From assembly GCA_963766075.1 (NCBI GenBank), contig CAVYAN010000033.1, forward strand, positions 1 to 57,820: a DNA stretch of 57,820 bases, written 5' to 3'. A program made the translations under genes and the position numbers. The notes beneath the pieces are model-generated. The model had not been told where the DNA came from. It worked only from the letters and a program-made list of their open reading frames with translations, and ran no database searches. Below, piece after piece: positions 18,151 to 28,172 of the stretch. This DNA is from an uncultured cyanobacterium (GTDB lineage: Bacteria; Cyanobacteriota; Cyanobacteriia; Leptolyngbyales; Leptolyngbyaceae). Numbering within the stretch: the first letter of the stretch is position 1; the number at the start of each line of letters is the position of its first letter.

Positions 18151-19632
18151 TTAACCCATTCCAGAGGTAACTATTTGCTCTGTTACTGGCTCTGTGGATT
18201 GGTAGAATTCCATGACTTCTGGAATCAGTTGATTCAAGTTGCCCGCACCCAAAAACAAAACTATATCCCCTGGCTGCAATAGTGTAGATAGCCGTTGGCT
18301 AACTGCTGGCAGGGAAGGTTCATAGAACACCTGGGTATGATGCTCTCGCATCACATCGGCAAGGTGCTGTCCGCTCATATTGCCGGGATTGGCTTCGCCC
18401 GCACTGTAAATTTCTGTCAGCACCACTACATCGGCATCCTGAAAAGCCGTGGCAAACTCAGATAAAAACACGCTGGTGCGACTGTAGCGGTGGGGCTGGA
18501 ATACGGCTACGACGCGCTTCCGATCGGCGGAACCAATATCACGAGCAGAGGATTGCGTTTTTAATCGAGCCGCCGCGAGGGTCACCCGCAGCTCACTGGG
18601 ATGGTGGGCATAATCATCCACAAAGACAATATCGTTCACAGTGCCTCGGTGCTCAAACCGTCGCCGTGCTCCGCCAAACGTAGCGATCGCCCCGGCAATG
18701 ATGCCAAAGTCCAGATTCAGTAACCGTCCAACGGCAACAGCCGCTAAAGCATTACTCAGGTTATGCGGTCCCAAGAGTTGCACCGCTAAGCGGCCCAAGC
18801 AGACTCCCCGCTCCCAAACCATAGCGGTGGTGCCGTCCCCGCAATAGTCCACACTATCGACAGTGTAGTCAGCCCCGGACTGTCGATCCAAACTGTAGGA
18901 AATCGCAGGCTGGAACTGCTCTCGCAGGGTGGGACTATCAATGCAGCCCACGAGTGTTTTGCAGTTTTGGGCAAAGGTTTTGAAGATAGCGACCACCTGA
19001 TCCAGACTGCTGTAGTGGTCGGGGTGATCCAGCTCAATATTCGTGATGACGCCAATTTCCGAAATAAATTTGACCAGGGAGCCGTCGGACTCATCGGCTT
19101 CGGCCACAAGATATTCGCCAGAACCGGCGATCGCATTACCGGCCCACGCTGTGACCTCTCCTCCCACCACAACGGTCGGGTCTAGTCCTGCCTCTAGCAG
19201 CACATGCCCCACCATACTACTGGTTGTGGTTTTGCCGTGGGTCCCGGCAATAGCAATCCCGCGCGATGCCCCAATCAATGCCGCCAGCACATCCGATCGG
19301 TGCAAAATCGGACATCCCAAATTCAGCGCCGCTTGGTACTCCGCATTAGACGCTTGAATCGCCGTGGAGCAGACAACTTGGGGAAGACTACCCTGTCCAT
19401 TCGCTGTTGGGGCAGCTTCAGATTGAAAATGCTGTAAATTGCTTGGTTCCTGACTCCAGAAGACATGAACGCCCTCGTCCTGTAACCGCTGCGTAATATG
19501 ACTCAACCGCAGGTCAGAGCCGGAAACTGGAAATCTGCGCTTGGCTAGAACGAACGCAAGAGCCGACATGCCAATCCCACCGACTCCGATAAAATGGAAT
19601 GGTTTTCCGCTGAAGTCAACTGAACTCAGCAT
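18151..19632 (-). CDS. murC: UDP-N-acetylmuramate--L-alanine ligase
   Basis: HFIGVGGIGMS, GTHGKTTT, EADESDGS, DDYAHHP, FQPHRYSRT; start set at ATG 19632. Confidence 0.97.
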   Translation of the reverse strand: MLSSVDFSGKPFHFIGVGGIGMSALAFVLAKRRFPVSGSDLRLSHITQRLQDEGVHVFWSQEPSNLQHFQSEAAPTANGQGSLPQVVCSTAIQASNAEYQAALNLGCPILHRSDVLAALIGASRGIAIAGTHGKTTTSSMVGHVLLEAGLDPTVVVGGEVTAWAGNAIAGSGEYLVAEADESDGSLVKFISEIGVITNIELDHPDHYSSLDQVVAIFKTFAQNCKTLVGCIDSPTLREQFQPAISYSLDRQSGADYTVDSVDYCGDGTTAMVWERGVCLGRLAVQLLGPHNLSNALAAVAVGRLLNLDFGIIAGAIATFGGARRRFEHRGTVNDIVFVDDYAHHPSELRVTLAAARLKTQSSARDIGSADRKRVVAVFQPHRYSRTSVFLSEFATAFQDADVVVLTEIYSAGEANPGNMSGQHLADVMREHHTQVFYEPSLPAVSQRLSTLLQPGDIVLFLGAGNLNQLIPEVMEFYQSTEPVTEQIVTSGMG

Positions 19633-20085
19633 TTTATCTCCTTGCACACCACATATCACACCAATATCTCGCGTATCATATCAAGATTTATGTTTTTGGG
19701 ATATAGCCCTCACAGTTTCATGCAATATCTGCGCTGCTTGAATGCTTCGACTTGGGAGCAACAGTTCTGAAAGTTATATCACCCTGGATTCAGATTTAAA
19801 AGTTTTTTCGATGCGTTTTGGCATTCGTTTTATTTAGCACGGTTTCATCAAATCCTGCAAAACCTGATGGAAATTCTAGCCCGAGTCGATCTGTTGAAGG
19901 GGTGATAGAGCACACTCTGGGCATTCGGTAGCGGGAGTAATTGCCGATGGAGTTTCTGGGGTTCTGTGTTTAGATACACCTCCTGAGTACAAATTTCCGG
20001 GTAAGAATTGTGTGCATTTTGGTTGAAAAGTCGGAGGTTAAAGTCTGGAAAATCGCCAGCGCACCACAATGCGGTCGAGGAGTCA

Positions 20086-20730
20086 ATGGGAAATATTGGG
20101 ATTTTTGGAGGTAGTTTTAATCCGGTCCACTGGGGCCATCTTTTAGTGGCGGAAACAGCGCTGAAGGCGGTGGATCTTGACTTGCTGATTTGGGTGCCGA
20201 CCTATCGGCCCACCCACAAGCCGGCCTCACCGCTTAGCTTTGCCCATCGACTGGCCATGGTCGAGAGCGCGATCGCCCATCAGTCCCGATTTCGGGTTTC
20301 AGATGTTAGCGCTGGGCGAGAGGAGCCGTCTTTTGCGATCGCCACCCTTAAGGACCTTCAAGCCCAATATCCCGGCAATCAATGGTTTTGGGTTTTAGGC
20401 ATGGACGCCTTTCAAACCGTACAAAAGTGGTACCAATGGGACGCGCTCCAGGCCCAATGTACCTGGCTGGTTGCCCCTCGCAACAATTCCCCCAAAGCGC
20501 CGCAGCCAAAGGCAGAACCACAATCAACCGTGGCAATCGCTGCCGAGCCATGGATCACCGCGCCCGGCCACACAAATTCTCTGCGGTGGCATCTGCTGGA
20601 CATGCCGCTCCTCACCATATCCTCTAGCCAAATTCGCTGGCAACATCGTCAAGGCGAATCTATTAGCGATGCCGTACCGCCCTCCGTGCACGAATACATT
20701 GCAACCCATGGTCTTTACCAGTCTGGTTAA
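20086..20730 (+). CDS. nadD: Nicotinate-nucleotide adenylyltransferase
   Basis: GIFGGSFNPVHWGH and ISSSQIR motifs; ATG 20086 with GAGGAG RBS. Confidence 0.95.
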   Translation: MGNIGIFGGSFNPVHWGHLLVAETALKAVDLDLLIWVPTYRPTHKPASPLSFAHRLAMVESAIAHQSRFRVSDVSAGREEPSFAIATLKDLQAQYPGNQWFWVLGMDAFQTVQKWYQWDALQAQCTWLVAPRNNSPKAPQPKAEPQSTVAIAAEPWITAPGHTNSLRWHLLDMPLLTISSSQIRWQHRQGESISDAVPPSVHEYIATHGLYQSG

Positions 20731-20991
20731 AAACCGATCCTCAGAAACACATCCGAATGAGTTAAAATACCTACTAATGGGATCAGTTCTTTCGAGCATA
20801 GGGCTGCTAGTCCCCCTAATTTAGGTGACTTCACCCTGTAAAGAGATCCCTGAAGGCACAGGGACTCTCTGGACTTGGCGGGATCCAGTCGTTAAACCTG
20901 GCAAATTGCGCTATTGCACTCGCGTCCAATCGAGCCGTATGATCAATCCCATTAACCAGGTATCTTTAATTTAGACAGAGGGCAAGACGCA

Positions 20992-22008
20992 GTGATTAGA
21001 GTAGCAATTAATGGTTTTGGACGCATCGGACGGAATTTCATCCGCTGCTGGCTGACGCGCAAAGATAGCCAGTTTCAAGTGGTCGCGATTAACGATACCT
21101 CAGACCCTCGGACCAATGCCCACTTGCTGCGGTATGACTCCATGATGGGCACCCTCAGCAAAGATGTCGAGATCAGCGCAGACGATGACACGATTACCAT
21201 CAATGGCAATGTAATCAAGTGCACATCTGATCGCAACCCCGACAATCTTCCCTGGAAAGCCTGGGATATTGACTTGATCATTGAGTCCACTGGGGTCTTC
21301 ATCAGCCACGAGGGCGCGAGTCGTCACATTAAATCCGGGGCGAAAAAAGTCCTAATCACAGCTCCCGGCAAAAATGAAGATGGCACTTTCGTGGTTGGGG
21401 TCAATGCCGATCAGTATGACCACGACAAGCACAACATTATTAGTAACGCTAGTTGCACCACGAACTGTCTTGCCCCTCTCGCGAAGGTCATCAACGATAA
21501 CTTCACCATTATCAAAGGCACGATGACCACGACCCACAGCTATACCGGCGACCAACGGCTGTTGGATGCTAGTCACCGCGACCTGCGCCGTGCCCGTGCC
21601 GCTGCAATGAACATTGTCCCAACCTCGACCGGAGCGGCCAAAGCCGTCGCGCTGGTGTTGCCCGAACTGGCTGGCAAGCTGAATGGGATTGCCCTGCGGG
21701 TGCCCACACCCAACGTTTCAGTGGTGGATCTGGTTGTTAACGTAGAAAAACCCACGATCGCCGAACAAGTGAATGAAGTGATTAAGGTCGCTTCGGAAAC
21801 CACCATGAAGGGCATTCTGAAATACTGCGATTTACCCTTAGTGTCTAGCGATCATGCGGGTACCGATGAATCTTCCATCGTGGACGCAGCCTTGACCATG
21901 GTCATGGGCGGCGACATGGTGAAGGTTGTGGCCTGGTATGACAACGAATGGGGTTACAGCCAACGGGTGGTTGACCTAGCCGAAGTCGTGGCTAAGAACT
22001 GGAAGTAA
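20992..22008 (+). CDS. gap2: NAD(P)-dependent glyceraldehyde-3-phosphate dehydrogenase (Calvin-cycle Gap2 type)
   Basis: [45 protein letters not shown]. Confidence 0.95.
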   Translation: MIRVAINGFGRIGRNFIRCWLTRKDSQFQVVAINDTSDPRTNAHLLRYDSMMGTLSKDVEISADDDTITINGNVIKCTSDRNPDNLPWKAWDIDLIIESTGVFISHEGASRHIKSGAKKVLITAPGKNEDGTFVVGVNADQYDHDKHNIISNASCTTNCLAPLAKVINDNFTIIKGTMTTTHSYTGDQRLLDASHRDLRRARAAAMNIVPTSTGAAKAVALVLPELAGKLNGIALRVPTPNVSVVDLVVNVEKPTIAEQVNEVIKVASETTMKGILKYCDLPLVSSDHAGTDESSIVDAALTMVMGGDMVKVVAWYDNEWGYSQRVVDLAEVVAKNWK

Positions 22009-22047
22009 TTTTTGCCCTAGCCACAGTTAGGCTCAGGTAAAATTCGC

Positions 22048-22088
22048 AAAGAGGAGGGGCAAGCTTTTGAGCTTGCCCCTCCTCTTTT
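22048..22088 (+). terminator. Rho-independent terminator after gap2
   Basis: AAAGAGGAGGGGCAAGCT-TTTG-AGCTTGCCCCTCCTCTTTT. Confidence 0.85.
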
Positions 22089-22095
22089 GTACGCC

Positions 22096-22190
22096 TAGGA
22101 GATTTCTCCCAAACAAATTACCCGCTGGCTTCTAAATTTTGCTGAAAAAGGGTGACAAGCTCCCTGCGCTCTTCGACTCCGCTCAGGGCA
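22096..22190. repeat. Partial copy of the composite palindromic element
   Basis: Starts TAGGAGATTTC...TTACCCGCTGGCT and contains CTTCGACTCCGCTCAGGG. Confidence 0.65.
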
Positions 22191-22201
22191 GCGGACTGAA
22201 A

Positions 22202-24499
22202 TCAGCTATCCGCTTGACTGAGACGCCGCAGATTTAACACATCTCCCAACTTGCGAACCTGGCTAAAGGTGCGCTCGAGCTGGCTGTGATCGCGAATGTC
22301 AATTTCCAGATCGATGGTGGCAGTTTGATCGGGAAAGGTTTTGACTTGGGCATTACGAACGTTGATATTGTTATCCATCAGCCGAGATAACACATCTTTG
22401 AGAATACCGACGCGATCAATCACTTCAATTTGAATATCGACGGAGTAGGTCGCCGCCTTGCCCTGGATGACTTCTACAGAGTTCCAGCGCAGGGGCACCA
22501 GTCGCTCGGTCTCAACATCATCTAAGTTAGGACAGTCTTGGCGATGGACTGAAATGCCCCGCGTGCGGGTAACTGAGCCAACAATCTCTTCGCCTGGGAC
22601 AGGCTTGCAACAGCCCGCGAGGTGGTACACCATGCCTTCTACGCCAATAATCGGGGACTTACTGGTTAGCGGCGGCGGCGCAATCCGGCCATTGTTTGCC
22701 AGCAATGCGGCGGGGGTATCGGCCACGGGGTGCGAGGCTTTGGTGGCTTCGCGAACGCGGTTTGCGACCATGTTCAGGGTGACTTCGCCATAACCCAGGG
22801 CAGCGAGTAAATCATCGACGCTGTGGTAGTTGCAACGTTCCGCCACACTCAGCATCGGAGAAGACTTGAGTAGGGTTTCAAACCCACTCTTACCCATTTC
22901 CCGCTCCAACATTTCCCGCCCTCGAGCCAGGTTTTCCTCCCGATTCGAGCGTTTGTACCACTGACGAATTCGGTTGCGCGCCGCCGGAGTAACAATGAAA
23001 TTGAGCCAGTCCAGGCTGGGATGGGCGCTTTTTTGGGTGAGGATTTCAACGATATCACCGTTATTGAGGGCGGTGTCTAGGGTGACCATACGGCCATTGA
23101 TCCGGGCTCCGGCGCAGTGGTTGCCGACTTCGGTATGGATGCGGTAGGCGAAATCGACGGGAGTGGCCCCTTGGGTGAGGGATACCACGTCGCCTTGGGG
23201 GGTAAAGACATAGACATCGCCATCGAATAGTCCATCTTTAATGCTTTCCAGATATTCCTGGGCATCTTTGAGGTCATTTTGCCAGTCTAAAAGCTGCCGC
23301 AGCCAGGTAAATTTTTCGTCGTCGGAAGTGAGTTGACTGCTGGAGTTGCCTGCTTCTTTGTATTTCCAGTGGGCAGCGATGCCGTATTCAGCGATGTGAT
23401 GCATTTCGAGGGTGCGGATTTGCACTTCGAGGGGTTGGCCGTTGCTGCCAATCACAACGGTGTGGAGGGATTGGTAGCGGTTGGGCTTGGGCAGGCCGAT
23501 GTAGTCTTTGAAGCGTCCAGGGATGGGGCGAAAGAGGTCATGAACCACGGCAAGGGCGCGGTAGCATTCTTCGTTGGTATGGACGATGACTCGGACGGCG
23601 GCCACGTCGTAAATTTCGTTGTAGCCTTTCTTTTGGCGGGACATTTTTTGATAGATGCCAAACAGATGCTTGGGTCTGCCGCTAAGTTCGACACAGTTGA
23701 CGCCGACTTGGTACAGTCGCTGTTTGAGTCCGTTGGTGATCTCGGTGAGGCGGTTTTCGCGATCGCCCCGTTTTTCGGCGACCAATTGCTGAATTTCGCG
23801 GTAGGAGTCGGGTTCGAGGTATTTAAAGGCCCAGTCTTCCAGTTCCCATTTAAAGCGCCCAATCCCAAGGCGGTTAGCCAGGGGAGCAAAGATTTCGCGG
23901 GTTTCAAGGGCAATGCGACGTCGCTTTTCGTCAGCAAGATGCTCCAGGGTGCGCATGTTGTGGAGGCGATCGGCTAGCTTGACCACAATGACGCGAATAT
24001 CCTTGGCCATGGCCAAAAACATGCGGCGGAAGTTTTCGGCTTGGCGCTCGGTTTTGCTGGAAAAATTGAACTTTGAGAGTTTGGTGACGCCTTCGACTAA
24101 GTGGCGCACTTCTTCGCCAAAGCGATCGGCGATGTCGGCGGCGGTAACGTCCGTGTCTTCGACAATATCATGGAGAAAGCCAGCGGCAATCATGCCACTG
24201 CCACCGCCGAGATCCCGCAGCAGTCCAGCCACAGCCACAGGATGCATGATGTAGGGTTCACCGGAGGCGCGGTATTGGTCTTTGTGAAGCTCGTAGGCAA
24301 ATTCAAAGGCGCGACAGATGAGGTCGTTGTCGAGGATGGCTTTTTCGGCGATTTCGACAGCAGGGGAGTCGGTGGACAGGTCGGCGGCGGGGGCTACAGG
24401 CAGCGATCGCGCACTGTTCAGGCAGGTTTGGAGCCAGTCAGGGAGGACAAACTCAGGTGGAGAGGACTGAACTGATGGGGTAGAAGCCGTTGCGATCAT
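22202..24499 (-). CDS. spoT: Bifunctional (p)ppGpp synthetase/hydrolase (RelA/SpoT)
   Basis: HD domain (FLHDIVEDT), KLADRLHNMRTL, YQSLHT, EVQIRT, TGS (TPVDFAYRIHT) and ACT domains; start uncertain (24499 or 24544). Confidence 0.96.
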   Translation of the reverse strand: MIATASTPSVQSSPPEFVLPDWLQTCLNSARSLPVAPAADLSTDSPAVEIAEKAILDNDLICRAFEFAYELHKDQYRASGEPYIMHPVAVAGLLRDLGGGSGMIAAGFLHDIVEDTDVTAADIADRFGEEVRHLVEGVTKLSKFNFSSKTERQAENFRRMFLAMAKDIRVIVVKLADRLHNMRTLEHLADEKRRRIALETREIFAPLANRLGIGRFKWELEDWAFKYLEPDSYREIQQLVAEKRGDRENRLTEITNGLKQRLYQVGVNCVELSGRPKHLFGIYQKMSRQKKGYNEIYDVAAVRVIVHTNEECYRALAVVHDLFRPIPGRFKDYIGLPKPNRYQSLHTVVIGSNGQPLEVQIRTLEMHHIAEYGIAAHWKYKEAGNSSSQLTSDDEKFTWLRQLLDWQNDLKDAQEYLESIKDGLFDGDVYVFTPQGDVVSLTQGATPVDFAYRIHTEVGNHCAGARINGRMVTLDTALNNGDIVEILTQKSAHPSLDWLNFIVTPAARNRIRQWYKRSNREENLARGREMLEREMGKSGFETLLKSSPMLSVAERCNYHSVDDLLAALGYGEVTLNMVANRVREATKASHPVADTPAALLANNGRIAPPPLTSKSPIIGVEGMVYHLAGCCKPVPGEEIVGSVTRTRGISVHRQDCPNLDDVETERLVPLRWNSVEVIQGKAATYSVDIQIEVIDRVGILKDVLSRLMDNNINVRNAQVKTFPDQTATIDLEIDIRDHSQLERTFSQVRKLGDVLNLRRLSQADS

Positions 24500-24814
24500 G
24501 CTGTGCTGCCAGTATGCAAAAGGTTTGCAAGTTTTTAGGTACAATAGCGCTGCGTCACGGATGTTTTATCCGTGGGTGCAAAGCGTGAGGAGGAAGTCCT
24601 GGAGCGGTAGCCTGGGGCCACAGTCCCAGAGTATAGCTATAGTGCCAGTTGAAACCCCTCTTTAGGGAAATCTCCCAGGTTTACTTAATAGTGCAATAGT
24701 GTGCCTGGTTACATTCAAATATAATAGTAGCAATGCTAGAAATATTTCTTCATAGGTCTTTCTAATCCGAACGTCCCCATGAAGTGGCAGCAGAAATGAC
24801 TACAGGATGGTTGG

Positions 24815-25195
24815 ATGATTCCAGAGGTTGATCGCCAGCGATATGAGGAGTTATGGGCACAAGTCATACAGGTACAGGCGGCGATCGCGCCGTCCAGCCC
24901 CCAGGATCCTGGCCCCGACATCGGGATCGCCATTGCGGAATTGCAGCGAATTTTTCAGGTGGAGATTCTTCTGGACGGGGATAGCCTGAACAGCGACGAC
25001 GCGGGGGGGATGGCCCAGCGGCTGCGATCGCTGAATGTGGAAATTAATAAGCAGTTGAAGCTACTGGCTATGGATCTGCTGTTTCTTCAGGCGGCGCAAC
25101 AGGTGGCAACGGTGGAGCAGCGGCGGCAGCAGATGGGGAAGCGCTTAGAGATGTTAGAACGCTATTGTGCAGGGGCCGTGGAAATGGGGCGCTAA
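24815..25195 (+). CDS. patD: PatD family protein
   Basis: Helical protein with VEINKQLKLLAMDLLFLQAA motif, divergent from rel/spoT as is usual in cyanobacteria. Confidence 0.8.
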   Translation: MIPEVDRQRYEELWAQVIQVQAAIAPSSPQDPGPDIGIAIAELQRIFQVEILLDGDSLNSDDAGGMAQRLRSLNVEINKQLKLLAMDLLFLQAAQQVATVEQRRQQMGKRLEMLERYCAGAVEMGR

Positions 25196-25619
25196 CGGCG
25201 CGACAGAGTTCGCGGATCGCAGCCGGGTTAACTGATAAACTAACGGGATAAGTGGACGGTTTGAAGATGGGCAGTTTGGAGACAGATTGTGCGGTGGCCT
25301 AGGGATCGGACCATTGAATTGGCGAATCGGCAGTTAGGGAACGGGTTCGGGGTACACCAATGTGTCCGCTGCCAGAGAAATTGGACTGCGGCAGAGGCAT
25401 ATGGTGCTTGGCGGGAACCATTGTCATGGCGAATACGTTGGAGCAGCATCCCCATGGGGATTTTGGAGTCGCTTACTTGATGCGAAGATTTGGGCAGTAG
25501 GTGTCCCAGCAAGAGAATCGGACTATAACTTGATTGTGAAGCGTGATGGTGCGTTGTCCTAAGGGGAGTGGTGCTAATAAAAGAAAGCGTTGAGAATAGA
25601 AGGAGCCTTTGACTGTAGC

Positions 25620-25667
25620 TGTGTTCTTGGGCGATCGGTGTGTTCTTGGGCGATTCGGTGTGTTCTC
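25620..25667 (+). repeat. About 2.5 tandem copies of a 19-bp unit TGTGTTCTTGGGCGATCGG
   Basis: The second copy reads GCGATTCGG (one extra T). Confidence 0.8.
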
Positions 25668-25790
25668 AGTGGATAGGTGCGTTCTGGCCCGATAGGTCAC
25701 TCTTCAATTTGATGCCTATCGCCTGAGTCGCTTGCGCGAAGCGTTTAGTTTGAGCGATGAATTTAGTCTGAGCGATGAGTAGTTTGACTT

Positions 25791-27530
25791 ATGACGGAAC
25801 CCCTGCTGCATGTTGATCATCTTCGCGTTGCTTACCCTGGACGGGGTGAGGCTGTTGATGGGACTTGGACGATTGATGATGTTTCTTTTGTCCTGAAGCC
25901 GGGAGAGCGAATGGGCTTGGTGGGGGAGTCGGGTTGTGGCAAGTCTACGCTGGGACGGGCGCTGATGCGGTTATTGCCGCTGCACAGTCGGATTGAAGGA
26001 CAGATGCGGTGGCAAGGGCGATCGCTGTTGGAGTTTTCGGAGCCCGAGTTGCGGCGGTTTCGGGGAGAGGCCGTGGGGCTGATATTTCAGGATCCGATGA
26101 CGCGGCTGGATCCCTTAATGACGATTGGGGAGCATTGCTTGGAAACATTGCAATCGCATCAACCACAGCTGTCTGGCAAGCAGGCAAAAATGCGGGCGCT
26201 GGAGGTGTTGGATGCGGTGAAGATTCCAGCACAGCGGTGGTCGCAGTTTCCCCATGAGTTTAGTGGGGGCATGCGGCAGCGGGTGGCGATCGCCCTGGCG
26301 TTGCTGCTGGAGCCCCAGTTAATCATTGCGGATGAACCGACGACAGCGTTGGATGTAACGGTTTCAGCCCAGATTATGCAGGAGCTAACGCGGTTGTGCA
26401 CCGAGCGCCAAATGGGCCTGTTGCTGATTTCCCATGATTTGGCGATGGTGGCAGAATATTGCGATCGCATGGCGGTGATGTACGCGGGGCAGTTTGTGGA
26501 AACGGGTACAGCGGCAACGGTGCTGCGGCATCCGGAGCATGCCTATACGAGATCGCTGCTGGCGGCAGCGTTGCATGTGCAGGTGGAAGGAGACGCGACA
26601 GGGATGCCAGAGGCAGGTACAGAAGCGGGCACAGCGGCGATCGCCGTCGCGGGGACGGAGCCGGAAGGGGCTACGGAAGGGACGAAGTCGGAGCCAGAAA
26701 GCGGGCCTAAAATCCTCCTGAAGCTGCAAAATCTGGAACAGCACTATACACTGGAGCAGAATGTGCTGGCTCGGATTTTTTCGGGATCGGTGGCGGATCA
26801 AACGATTCGGGCGGTGGATGATGTGAGCCTGGATTTGTATGCGGGGGAAACTCTGGGCCTGGTTGGGGAGTCGGGCTGTGGCAAGTCTACGCTGTCGCGA
26901 ACAATTTTGCAGTTGGTGCGCCCGACGGGGGGGACGGTGGAGTTTTTAGGACAGGATTTGGCCCGGTTGGATCGGCAGGGGCTGCAACAGCAGCGACGGC
27001 GGATGCAAATGGTATTTCAGGATCCCCATGCCTGCCTAAATCCGATGATGACGGTGGGGGAAAGTGTGGGGGATCCTTTGGTGATCCATCGCTTGGCGAT
27101 GGGGACTGGGGTGAAGGCGGCAGTGTTGGAGATGCTGGAGCGCGTGGGGTTGGTGCCAGCGGCGAGTTATTATCGACGGTTTCCGGGGGAGTTGTCGGGG
27201 GGGCAACAGCAGCGGGTGGCGATCGCACGGGCATTGATTACGCGACCGCAATTGCTGATCTGTGATGAGCCGGTGAGTATGCTGGATGCGCATATTCAGG
27301 CACAGGTGCTGGAGCTGATGCGGGAGCTAAAGGCGGAGTTCCAGTTAACCTATCTGTTTATTACCCATGATTTGTGGGTGGCGCGGTTTTTTTGCGATCG
27401 CATTGCGGTGATGAATGCGGGGAAGATTGTGGAGCTGGGGCCAACGGAGTCGGTGTTTCGGCAGCCGCAGCATGAGTATACGAAGACTTTGCTGGCTGCT
27501 GCGCCACTTCTGGCGCGGCGGGAGCATTAA
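25791..27530 (+). CDS. Peptide/nickel ABC transporter ATP-binding protein (fused DppD/DppF type)
   Basis: Two GESGCGKS Walker A motifs, FSGGMRQR / LSGGQQQR signatures, DEP Walker B motifs. Confidence 0.95.
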   Translation: MTEPLLHVDHLRVAYPGRGEAVDGTWTIDDVSFVLKPGERMGLVGESGCGKSTLGRALMRLLPLHSRIEGQMRWQGRSLLEFSEPELRRFRGEAVGLIFQDPMTRLDPLMTIGEHCLETLQSHQPQLSGKQAKMRALEVLDAVKIPAQRWSQFPHEFSGGMRQRVAIALALLLEPQLIIADEPTTALDVTVSAQIMQELTRLCTERQMGLLLISHDLAMVAEYCDRMAVMYAGQFVETGTAATVLRHPEHAYTRSLLAAALHVQVEGDATGMPEAGTEAGTAAIAVAGTEPEGATEGTKSEPESGPKILLKLQNLEQHYTLEQNVLARIFSGSVADQTIRAVDDVSLDLYAGETLGLVGESGCGKSTLSRTILQLVRPTGGTVEFLGQDLARLDRQGLQQQRRRMQMVFQDPHACLNPMMTVGESVGDPLVIHRLAMGTGVKAAVLEMLERVGLVPAASYYRRFPGELSGGQQQRVAIARALITRPQLLICDEPVSMLDAHIQAQVLELMRELKAEFQLTYLFITHDLWVARFFCDRIAVMNAGKIVELGPTESVFRQPQHEYTKTLLAAAPLLARREH

Positions 27531-27534
27531 AAGT

Positions 27535-27563
27535 TTGACAAACGCCCCATATCTCGATACGAT
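27535..27563 (+). promoter_or_regulatory. Sigma70-type promoter of tRNA-Asp
   Basis: TTGACA (27535-27540), 17 bp spacer, TACGAT (27558-27563). Confidence 0.7.
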
Positions 27564-27592
27564 ATAAATCGCTTCGGAAAGAAGAAGCGCTT

Positions 27593-27666
27593 GGGACTGT
27601 AGTTCAATTGGTTAGAGCACCGCCCTGTCACGGCGGAAGTTGCGGGTTCGAGCCCCGTCAGTCCCG
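27593..27666 (+). tRNA. trnD: tRNA-Asp(GTC)
   Basis: GGGACTG/CAGTCCC acceptor stem, CCGCC-CTGTCAC-GGCGG anticodon arm, GGTTCGAG T-loop. Confidence 0.97.
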
Positions 27667-27735
27667 TTTTTGGCTAACAAGAGTAAACAAAATCAGCCCG
27701 AGCTGACCTAAATTCTGACCTAAAAAGTCATAGAA

Positions 27736-28098
27736 GTGGGCAAACTGCTCCGACACAGAATGCCTACCCCCATGCTAGCCGTGGAAGTTGTTTCAAGCAG
27801 CGACACAGATCACAAATCCCGAGCGCGCGCCTACGCTGAGAAGCGGGCAGAGTATGCAGAACGGGGCATTCCGGAATACTGGATTATCGAACATCCGGTT
27901 GGTGGGTTGATAACGGTCTGCACCCTGGAGAATCCCGCCTACCAGAACACTGTATTCCGAGGCGATCGCCTCATCGCCTCGCCCACCTTACCCACACTAA
28001 ACCTGACGGCGGCGCAAATCTTGGCAGTGGGCCTGCGATCCATGCCTGCATTGCATTGGGCTCACGGTGGCCGGAATGGACGTACCTCTGACTGTTAA
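27736..28098 (+). pseudogene. Uma2 (DUF820) family endonuclease, N-terminally truncated remnant
   Basis: Has PMLAVEVVS, EKRAEYAERGIPEYWII and SPTLPTLNLTAAQIL, but lacks the N-terminal half with the PD motif. Confidence 0.75.
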
Positions 28099-28172
28099 TC
28101 GGGTATGCGACAATAATTTCCCATGCTATCTCGCCCTCCGATGGGGGCAAAATCTGAGCTACTGTAGAATCC

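Noticed and set aside
24815..25195. patD as evidence of heterocyst formation
   Set aside because: PatD homologues next to rel/spoT also occur in non-heterocystous cyanobacteria.
25200..25790. Short ORFs and tandem repeats between patD and the ABC gene
   Set aside because: Overlapping 60-90 aa ORFs with no motifs; the repeats resemble other neutral intergenic duplications (42441-42476, 43533-43591, 49462-49500).
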